Below, piece after piece: positions 56,798 to 64,000 of a DNA stretch of 64,000 nt. Within the stretch, counting starts at the first letter, position 1. Every line of letters begins with the position of its first letter. The DNA lies in NCBI GenBank assembly GCA_038231275.1, contig JBBRLQ010000002.1:448001-512000 (forward strand), in the 5' to 3' direction. The notes under the pieces are model-generated. The model was not told the DNA's origin and made no database searches. It saw only the letters and a program-made list of their open reading frames with translations. This stretch comes from Polyangiales bacterium (GTDB taxonomy: Bacteria; Myxococcota_A; Polyangia; Polyangiales; Polyangiaceae). The translations under genes were made by a program, and so were the position numbers.

Positions 56798-59700
56798 TCA
56801 CTCTCCGGCGGACGCGGCGACGGGCGCCTGAGCGAGCGGGAGCGTGCGATCACTCACGGGCGCCGCCGGCTCGACGGCTTCCTTCGTCTTCTCGCCGCGG
56901 TGGTCCTTCGCGATGAGGACGTACAGCGACGGCACGACGAAGAGCGTGAAGAGCGTCCCGATGCTCATCCCACCGACCAGCACGATGCCGATCGAGTTAC
57001 GGGCGACGGCGCCTGCCCCCGTGACCAGTGTGAGCGGGAAGTGCCCGACCACCGTGGCCACGGTCGTCATCAGGATGGGCCGGAGCCGCGTCAGCGCCGC
57101 CGTGCGGATAGCCTCGAGCTTGGTGTGCCCCGCCTCTTGCTGCGCGTTGGCGAACTCGACGATGAGGATGCCGTTCTTCGACACGAGGCCGACGAGCGTG
57201 ACGAGGCCGACCTGCGAGTAGATGTTGAGCGTCGTCGTCCAGCCCTCGGTCAGCTTGAAGTGCATCCCCGGCGGTCCGGCGAACTTCAGGAACGTGAAGA
57301 TGAGCGCGCCGAAGATGGCGAGCGGCACCGAGCCGGCGAGGATGACGAAGGGATCGCGGAACGAGTTGAACTGCGCCGCGAGCACTAAGAAAATGAGGAC
57401 GACCGCGAGGCCCATCGCGGGCAGGAATTTCCCGCCCTCCTGGCGCAGCTGCCGCGACTCGCCGGTGTAGTCGATGCGGTACCCGGGCGGCAACGAGGCC
57501 TTCGCCGCGTCCTCGAGCACCTTGAGGCCGCCTTCGACGCCGCGCGGAGCGACGCCCGACAGCTTGACCGCGTTGAGCTGCTGGAAACGGTTCAGCGTGC
57601 GCGGCTCGGTGGTCTCTTTGATCGTGGCGACGGCGCTCAACGGAATGAGCTGCCCGCCGGGGCCGGTGATGTGGATGTCGCGGATCTGGTCGGGCGTGAG
57701 GCGTCCGGCGCGCTCCACCTGCGCGATGACCTTGTACGCGCGGCCGTCGATATTGAAGCGGTTCACGAAGTTGCCGCCCATCGCCGCGCCGAGATCGGCG
57801 CCGACCTGCTGGAGGCTGAGGCCCATCGACGCGATCTTGTCGCGGTCGAGCACGACCTCGCTCGCCGCCTCGTCGATGCGCACGTCCATGACCGGGGGGA
57901 AGGCGAAGAGGCCGCTCTTCACGGCGTCCTGCTGCAACTTCTCGGCGTAGCGCACCATCTCTTCGTGGCTCGCGGTCGACGCGATGACGAACTCCACCGG
58001 GAAGAACCCGGCGCTCGGTAGCGCGCTCGGCAAGAACGCGGGCGCGCGGATCCCCGAGATGCCCATCAGCTTCCCGCTCAGCTCCTCTTGGATCGGGAAG
58101 ATGCTGCGCTTGCGCTCGTCCCAGGGCTTCACGAGCATGCCGCCGAAGCCGCCCGTGGCGAAGGTGATCTGGAACGCGTGATCGAACTCCGGCGTCGAGC
58201 GGAAGATCTTCTCCACCTGCGCGGTGTACGGCTGCACCTGCTCCAGCGTGGCGTTCGCCTGCACGTCGATCGCCCCGAAGACGACGCCCTGGTCCTCGTT
58301 CGGCGCGAGCTCCGCGGGCGAGAACATGTACATCGGCACCAGCAGCACGGTGAGCGTGATCCACACCCCGTAGACCATCCCGCGCGTCCGCAGCGTGCCG
58401 TCGAGGATGCGGCCGTAGATGCCCTTGAACGCCTCGAAGCCGCGATCGATCTGGCGTGGCAGCCACGCGTTCGAGTGCTCGGAGCGGAGGAGCTTCGACG
58501 CCATCATCGGCGACAGCGTGAGCGCGACGATGCCCGAGATGAAGACGGCGCCGGCGAGGGTGAACGCGAACTCGCGGAAGAGCGCGCCGGTCAGGCCGCC
58601 CTGGAAGCCGATCGGCGCGTACACCGACGCCAGCGTGATCGTCATCGCGATGATGGGCCCGACGAGCTCGCGCGCGCCGACGATCGCCGCGTCGTACGGT
58701 GTCTTCCCCATGCGGATGTGGCGCTCCACGTTCTCGACCACGACGATCGCGTCGTCGACGACGAGACCGACCGCGAGGACGACCGCGAGGAGCGTCAGCA
58801 GGTTCAGCGTGAACCCGAAGACGAGCATCAGGAATACGGCGCCGATGAGCGACACCGGGATGGCCACGAGCGGCACGAGCACGGTGCGCAGCGAGCCGAG
58901 GAAGAGGAAGATGACGACGATGACGATGAGGACCGTCTCGCTCAGCGTCTTGACGACCTCTTCGATCGCGTTGTTGATGTACTTGGTCGAATCGAAGGCC
59001 ACCGATGCGGTCATGCCGCTCGGGAGCTCCTTCTGGATGATCTCGACCTCTTTGCGCACGCGGCCGATGACGTCGACCGAGTTCGCGTTCGGCAGGACCC
59101 AGACGCCCATGAAGGTGGCCTTGGTGCCGGAGAAGCGGACGTCCTGCTCGTAGGTGTCGGCCCCCATCACGACGTCGGAGACGTCCTTCAGGCGCACGAG
59201 CGCCCCGCCCTGCTGGCGCACGACGAGGTTCTTGAACTCGTCGACGGTGCGCAGATCGGTCGTCGCCGTCAGGTTCATCTGGACGAGCGCGCCTTTGGTC
59301 TGCCCGACGGCGGCGAGGTAGTTGTTGGCAGACATCGCCTGGCGCACCATCGCCGGGCTGACGTTGAGCGCGGCCATGCGCTCGGGCTTGAGCCACGCGC
59401 GGATCGCGAACGTGCGGCCGCCCAAGATGTCGGCGCGCTGGACGCCCTGGATGGCCGAGAGGCGCGGCTGCACCACGCGGATCAGGTAGTCGGTGACCTG
59501 GTTGTCCTCGAGGATCGTCGAGCTGAAGCTCAGGTACATCGACGCGATCTGCGCGTCGGAGGGCTCGATGTTGATCGCCGGGACCTCGGCCTCGGGGGGC
59601 AGATCGGCACGGACCTGGTTTACGCGGGCGCTGATGTCGGCGAGCGCGTTGGCGGCGCTGAAATTCAGCTTGAGGCGCACGCTGATCGTGCTGATGCCTT

Positions 59701-59956
59701 GGTCGCTCTGCGACTCGATGAAGTCGATGCCGTCGGCGGCGGCGATCGCGCGCTCGAGCGGCGTCGTGATGAAGCCGCGCACGAGATCCGCGTTGGCGCC
59801 GACGTACGCCGTGCGCACGGTCACCGTCGCGCTCTCGAGCTTCGGGTATTGCCGAACGTTCAGCGAACGCACGGACTGGAGGCCGGCGATGATGATGATG
59901 AGATTGACGACGATCGCCAGGACCGGTCGCCGGATGAAGATGTCCGTGAACTTCAT
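56798..59956 (-). CDS. RND efflux permease (MexI/MexW-like)
   Basis: FIRRPVLA, GLVVDDAIVVVENV, KNGILIVEFA, RLRPILMT. Confidence 0.96.
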   Translation of the reverse strand: MKFTDIFIRRPVLAIVVNLIIIIAGLQSVRSLNVRQYPKLESATVTVRTAYVGANADLVRGFITTPLERAIAAADGIDFIESQSDQGISTISVRLKLNFSAANALADISARVNQVRADLPPEAEVPAINIEPSDAQIASMYLSFSSTILEDNQVTDYLIRVVQPRLSAIQGVQRADILGGRTFAIRAWLKPERMAALNVSPAMVRQAMSANNYLAAVGQTKGALVQMNLTATTDLRTVDEFKNLVVRQQGGALVRLKDVSDVVMGADTYEQDVRFSGTKATFMGVWVLPNANSVDVIGRVRKEVEIIQKELPSGMTASVAFDSTKYINNAIEEVVKTLSETVLIVIVVIFLFLGSLRTVLVPLVAIPVSLIGAVFLMLVFGFTLNLLTLLAVVLAVGLVVDDAIVVVENVERHIRMGKTPYDAAIVGARELVGPIIAMTITLASVYAPIGFQGGLTGALFREFAFTLAGAVFISGIVALTLSPMMASKLLRSEHSNAWLPRQIDRGFEAFKGIYGRILDGTLRTRGMVYGVWITLTVLLVPMYMFSPAELAPNEDQGVVFGAIDVQANATLEQVQPYTAQVEKIFRSTPEFDHAFQITFATGGFGGMLVKPWDERKRSIFPIQEELSGKLMGISGIRAPAFLPSALPSAGFFPVEFVIASTASHEEMVRYAEKLQQDAVKSGLFAFPPVMDVRIDEAASEVVLDRDKIASMGLSLQQVGADLGAAMGGNFVNRFNIDGRAYKVIAQVERAGRLTPDQIRDIHITGPGGQLIPLSAVATIKETTEPRTLNRFQQLNAVKLSGVAPRGVEGGLKVLEDAAKASLPPGYRIDYTGESRQLRQEGGKFLPAMGLAVVLIFLVLAAQFNSFRDPFVILAGSVPLAIFGALIFTFLKFAGPPGMHFKLTEGWTTTLNIYSQVGLVTLVGLVSKNGILIVEFANAQQEAGHTKLEAIRTAALTRLRPILMTTVATVVGHFPLTLVTGAGAVARNSIGIVLVGGMSIGTLFTLFVVPSLYVLIAKDHRGEKTKEAVEPAAPVSDRTLPLAQAPVAASAGE

Positions 59957-59986
59957 GGCCGTCTCCGCGGGTGACTCAGCGATTGC

Positions 59987-61186
59987 TCAACGATTGACCG
60001 GGTGCGGTGCGACGTCGGGGTTCAGCTTGACGTCGTTGTTCACGACGACGCCGGACCCGTTTCGGAGCTTGAAGGCGCCGGACGTCACGACTTCCTCGCC
60101 GGCCTTCACTCCGTCGGCGATCGCGACGAAGTCACCGCGCGACTCGGAGATCTTCACGAACTGTTGGCGCGCGCTGCGGGCGACCTTGCCGTCCTTGTCG
60201 TGCACCGGCGCGCCGGCGTCGTCCTTTTTGTCTTCGACGATGAAGACCGAGTCCCCGAACGACGCATGGACGACGGCGGTGACGGGGATGACGACCGCCG
60301 GTGGGCGCGGAGGCAGGACGATCGCGACGGTCGCGAACATGCCGGGGCGCAGCTTCTCCTGCTTGTTGGGAACGCCGGCGCGCAGCTTGATCGAGCGCGT
60401 CGTCGGGTCGACCTGCGGCTCCACCGCGGCGATCGTCGCGTCGTAGACGGTGTCCACCGCGTTCTCGAGCGTGATGCGCACCGGCAGGCCGACCTTGATG
60501 TCCGGCAGCGCCTGCTGCGGTAGCGAGAAGTCGACGTAGACCGAGTCGGTCGACTCGAGGACGGAGAGCGGCGTCCCCGGATTCAGGTACTGGCCGATGT
60601 TGACGAGTCGGATGCCGAGGCGGCCGCCGAACGGCGCGCGGACGATCTTGCGATCGATCTGCGCCTGGAGGGCATTCAAATCGGTGCTCGACGTCTTCAG
60701 CTGCGCCTCGTCGGTGTCGACCTGCGCCATCGGGATCGAGTTGCTGTTGGCGAGCGCGCGGGTGCGGCCGAGGGTGATCTGCGCGAGATCGCGGCGCGCT
60801 TGCGCGGAGGCGAGCTGCGCGCGCTCGACGCTCGAGTCGAGCTCCACGAGGACCTGCCCCTGCTTGACGATCGCGCCCGAGTCGAACGAGATGCGGGTCA
60901 CGACGCCGGGCGCGTCGTTGCTGATCGTGACACCTTTGGCGGCGGCGACGCTACCGACCGCCGTGAGCGTGCCTTCCCACGCCTGCGACTGCGCGGGGGC
61001 GCTGCTGACGGTCTCCGGTGGCGGCCCGTTCTTCTGGTATTCCTTGCCCATCGCCATGAGCGACGAGATCTGGGAGAACTTGACGGTCACGAGCCCCCCG
61101 ACGAGGAGGATCAGGCCCAAGATGGGGAGCAGGTAGCGCACGACGCTGCGATGCTGGGGAAGGTCGAGACGTTCCGAGGTGTCCAT
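59987..61186 (-). CDS. RND efflux periplasmic adaptor (MFP) subunit
   Basis: N-terminal TM segment, VRAPFGG, LRPGMF, GEEVVTSG. Directly upstream of the permease. Confidence 0.95.
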   Translation of the reverse strand: MDTSERLDLPQHRSVVRYLLPILGLILLVGGLVTVKFSQISSLMAMGKEYQKNGPPPETVSSAPAQSQAWEGTLTAVGSVAAAKGVTISNDAPGVVTRISFDSGAIVKQGQVLVELDSSVERAQLASAQARRDLAQITLGRTRALANSNSIPMAQVDTDEAQLKTSSTDLNALQAQIDRKIVRAPFGGRLGIRLVNIGQYLNPGTPLSVLESTDSVYVDFSLPQQALPDIKVGLPVRITLENAVDTVYDATIAAVEPQVDPTTRSIKLRAGVPNKQEKLRPGMFATVAIVLPPRPPAVVIPVTAVVHASFGDSVFIVEDKKDDAGAPVHDKDGKVARSARQQFVKISESRGDFVAIADGVKAGEEVVTSGAFKLRNGSGVVVNNDVKLNPDVAPHPVNR

Positions 61187-61201
61187 GAGGAGCGGCGCAC
61201 A

Positions 61202-61525
61202 CTAGCGCAACTTGGCCCCGCGCGGACGCCATCTAAAGCTTTCCAAGTTCACCGTTCCGTCACGATCGAAGCGCACGCCTTCGGACTCGAGCATCGCGCG
61301 CTGGAGGCCAGGATGCAGGCCGTCGGTCGACACTCCGCCCTTCGCGTTGAGGACGCGCTGCCACGGGATTTTCCCTTCGGGAGCTGCGCGGATCGCCCAC
61401 CCGATGCCCACCGGCGTCAGGCGACCGTCGATCATCCGTGAGAGCTGGCCATAGGTCGCCACCCTACCCCGAGGGATGCGCGCCACCAGGCGCCACACGC
61501 GCGCGAACGGGGCATCTGCCGCCAT
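61202..61525 (-). CDS. Alkyltransferase-like protein (ATL, MGMT family)
   Basis: IPRGRVATYGQL. PWQRV replaces the catalytic PCHRV. Q..LESEGV. Confidence 0.88.
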   Translation of the reverse strand: MAADAPFARVWRLVARIPRGRVATYGQLSRMIDGRLTPVGIGWAIRAAPEGKIPWQRVLNAKGGVSTDGLHPGLQRAMLESEGVRFDRDGTVNLESFRWRPRGAKLR

Positions 61526-61586
61526 GATTTGCGAGGATAGCTGCTGCCGAGCTTTCGGCGTCGGGGATCGGCGGTATCCTCCCGCC

Positions 61587-62609
61587 GTGAGCAACGTCAT
61601 CCTCGAGACACTGCCCCTCGGCTTTCCCTGGGTCACCGCCGATCCCTTCCTCTTTTGTGTGCACCACGACGACGCGTACCCCGAGGGCAACGACGCGCTC
61701 GGGCCCGCGGCGTCGCTCGCCGGGCGCGACCTCGGGCAGGACTTCGCGGGCAAGGACGGGTGGCGGATGTACCACGGCGAGATCGTGCCGGGCTTCCCGC
61801 AGCACCCCCATCGCGGCTTCGAGACGGTGACGATCGCGCGGCGCGGCTACATCGATCACTCCGACTCGCTCGGCGCGACGGCGCGCTTCGGACGCGGCGA
61901 CGCGCAGTGGCTCACGGCGGGCGGCGGCATCGTGCACGCGGAGATGTTCCCGCTCCTCGACAAGGGGAAGCCGAACCCGGTGGAGCTCTTCCAGATCTGG
62001 TTGAACCTCCCGAAGGACGACAAGATGGCGCCGCCGCATTTCGCGATGCTGTGGAGCGACGAGATCCCGACCTGCCGCTTCGAGGACGCGAAGGGAAGGA
62101 AGACCGAGGTCACGATCGTCGCGGGCGTGCTCGACGGAAAGCGCGCGCCGCCGCCGCCGCCGCGCTCGTGGGCGGCGCGTCCGGACACCGACGTCGCGAT
62201 CTGGACCCTTCGCATGGAGCCCGGCGCGACGTGGACGCTCCCGAAGGCGGCGACCACTGCGGCCATGCGCGCGCTCTACTTCTTCATCGGCAAGTCGCTG
62301 ACCCTCGGCGACCACACGCAGCGCGAGCACGCGGCGCTCGTCGTGAGGTCCGACGAGGACATCGTGCTCACAGCCGGAGACGACGCGTGCGAGATCTTGA
62401 TGCTCCAAGGACGACCGATCGGCGAGCCGGTCGTGCAGCATGGCCCGTTCGTCATGAACACGCGCGCGGAGATCCAGCGCGCGATGACCGATTACCAAGC
62501 CACGCGCTTCGGTGGCTGGCCGTGGCCGAAGGACGATCCGGTGCACGCGCGTACCGACGGACGCTTCGCCAAGCACGCCGACGGGCGCGTCGAAAAGAAG
62601 GACACCTAG
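61587..62609 (+). CDS. Pirin family protein
   Basis: DPFLFCVHH, HPHRGFETVT, GIVHAE, GPFVMNT. GTG start. Confidence 0.93.
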   Translation: MSNVILETLPLGFPWVTADPFLFCVHHDDAYPEGNDALGPAASLAGRDLGQDFAGKDGWRMYHGEIVPGFPQHPHRGFETVTIARRGYIDHSDSLGATARFGRGDAQWLTAGGGIVHAEMFPLLDKGKPNPVELFQIWLNLPKDDKMAPPHFAMLWSDEIPTCRFEDAKGRKTEVTIVAGVLDGKRAPPPPPRSWAARPDTDVAIWTLRMEPGATWTLPKAATTAAMRALYFFIGKSLTLGDHTQREHAALVVRSDEDIVLTAGDDACEILMLQGRPIGEPVVQHGPFVMNTRAEIQRAMTDYQATRFGGWPWPKDDPVHARTDGRFAKHADGRVEKKDT

Positions 62610-62806
62610 GAAAACGGCGTCAAAACAGAGGATTTCCTTCGAGAGGAGTCCGTGGCCCGCAGCAGAAAAGCTCTTCGCGGGGCGGAAATGCGCGTCGCGG
62701 CTGCTGTGAGCCCGTCCGGTGGCCGGGCCGGTGCGCCGGCGCATGTCCTCGCGCGAATTTCGCGCGCGCACGGCGCCGGTGGAGTAACCGCGCCACGGGA
62801 GACTGG

Positions 62807-63310
62807 ATGAGATTCGGGGAGACGTGGCGACCCGTCGTCAGGGCTGGCGCGTGGCTCGGCGTGGTCGACGGCATCAGCGCCGTCGTGATCAACGTCCTGA
62901 GATCGCCGACGGCGACATTCGCGCGCACGTTTCAGGGCGTGGCGTACGCCGTGCTCGGCAAGGACACGTTCGAGGAAGGCGCGGCGTCGACGCTGCTGGG
63001 GCTCGCGATGCACGTGACGGTCGCTTTCGCCTGGGTGACGGTGTGCTTCCTCGCCTTCCACTGGCTCCCCCGCGTCCGCCGGCTCGCGTGCGGAAGGTTT
63101 GGCGTCGCCGTCGTCGGCGTCCCCTTCGGCGCGTCGATCTGGCTCACGATGACGGTCATCGTTTTTCCGCTGACACGGATCGGAGCGCACGCGCCGTTCA
63201 CCTCGGCGGGCTATCTGATCAACTTCGTGCACCACATGCTCGTCGTCGGGCCGCTCGTGGTGGCACTCTTACGTCGACCTCTCGACGACGTCACGTCCAC
63301 GCGTCGATAG
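62807..63310 (+). CDS. Four-TM membrane protein
   Basis: FQGVAYAVLG...GLAMH...HHMLVVG hydrophobic pattern. GGGAG RBS. Confidence 0.75.
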   Translation: MRFGETWRPVVRAGAWLGVVDGISAVVINVLRSPTATFARTFQGVAYAVLGKDTFEEGAASTLLGLAMHVTVAFAWVTVCFLAFHWLPRVRRLACGRFGVAVVGVPFGASIWLTMTVIVFPLTRIGAHAPFTSAGYLINFVHHMLVVGPLVVALLRRPLDDVTSTRR

Positions 63311-64000
63311 TGCCGCCTGCGTCGCGCAGCGCCGAGAGGAACGCTTCGGGCTCCGCCGGCGAGAGGAATACGCGCGCCGGACCCTCCATGAGGACGCCGC
63401 TCTTGAGATCGGTCGCGAAGATGCGTGTGTTGGCGCCGTCCGCGCGGTAAAGGCCGGTGTAGTAGCCGGGGAACGCGGTGCCGAAGATGCGCATCGTCAC
63501 CTTCGGCGTGTGCGCACGCGCGTGGAGTGATCGCACCGGCCACGAGCGACGCGAGAAGAGCGTCTGCACCTCGAGCGTGTCGCCGTCGACGAGGTAGCGC
63601 ATGCGCTTCGGTCCCGCGAGGAACACGGCGACGATCATGCCCGTCGTGATCAGGAGGAAGAGCGCGGCGACCCCAGGGATGATCTTGAGGAGCGTCACGC
63701 CGCCCGGGGGCAGCGCGATTTCGAAATCGGTGCCGGCGTTGATCGCGGCGACGAAGGCCTCGGGATCGGGCGGGGTGACGACGACGCGGCGCTCCTCACC
63801 TCGAACGTCGAGCACGACGCCGCGGTTCGCGCAGCTCGTCGCCTGCCAGACGGGACCGAGCTCCGGGTACCACCAATTGCCCGTGCAGAGGCCAGGCGCG
63901 CCGGTGCCACGCGTGCGGTACCCACCGCGGAGATCGGTCACGCGAGCGTCGCGGATCCTGCCCTCCGCGAACATGTGCGTGCCGTCGAAATACGAGCCGG
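63291..64000 (-). CDS. Bacterial PH-domain membrane protein (two bPH-like domains), 5' partial
   Basis: Duplicated R.xGT..PG..TG...(V.LSP/VTP)..PEAF motif flanking a TM helix. The frame appears to run to the window edge. Confidence 0.8.
   Translation of the reverse strand, partial: GSYFDGTHMFAEGRIRDARVTDLRGGYRTRGTGAPGLCTGNWWYPELGPVWQATSCANRGVVLDVRGEERRVVVTPPDPEAFVAAINAGTDFEIALPPGGVTLLKIIPGVAALFLLITTGMIVAVFLAGPKRMRYLVDGDTLEVQTLFSRRSWPVRSLHARAHTPKVTMRIFGTAFPGYYTGLYRADGANTRIFATDLKSGVLMEGPARVFLSPAEPEAFLSALRDAGGTIDAWT

Noticed and set aside
62610..62806. Intergenic palindromes (CGCGCGAATTTCGCGCG) as an ncRNA or REP element
   Set aside because: A single short GC-rich inverted repeat with no second copy noticed and no recognisable family.
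1..64000. tRNA, rRNA, prophage or integron features
   Set aside because: No cloverleaf or rRNA signatures, phage structural genes, integrase or attC-like arrays were recognised by eye.

Overview
Very GC-rich bacterial chromosomal DNA. The gene content (Hanks-type kinase, many Cys-rich orphan lipoproteins with Pro/Gly linkers) suggests Myxococcota, Polyangiaceae/Labilithrix-like; this is an inference. The window opens with the 3' end of an IS5-family element ending at a CTAG. It then holds about 55 densely packed CDSs: a DEAD-box helicase, an acyltransferase, feruloyl-CoA synthase, phospholipase D, acyl-CoA dehydrogenase, two pirins, a kinase fused to a periplasmic binding domain, a SWIM-SNF2 helicase, a surface glycosylation locus, a LolA-like/VPS10 fusion, a CreBC-like two-component system, a persulfide dioxygenase-rhodanese, a DUF885 protein, an RND pump and an alkyltransferase-like protein. 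I saw no rRNA, tRNA or CRISPR array. The best candidates for uncharacterised systems are: (1) a tightly coupled operon of FAD monooxygenase, DUF455-type diiron protein, ATP-grasp protein and YeiH exporter (50157-53935), divergent from a persulfide dioxygenase-rhodanese; (2) an exported three-gene module of CxxCH protein, lipoprotein and Tat-exported DUF1501-like protein (21550-24525); (3) a polysaccharide deacetylase/FG-GAP gene broken by a 2-bp slip in a (CG)n tract inside a glycosylation locus. All family calls come from motif recognition by eye, not database searches. Many long ORFs in the supplied track are GC-driven shadow frames.
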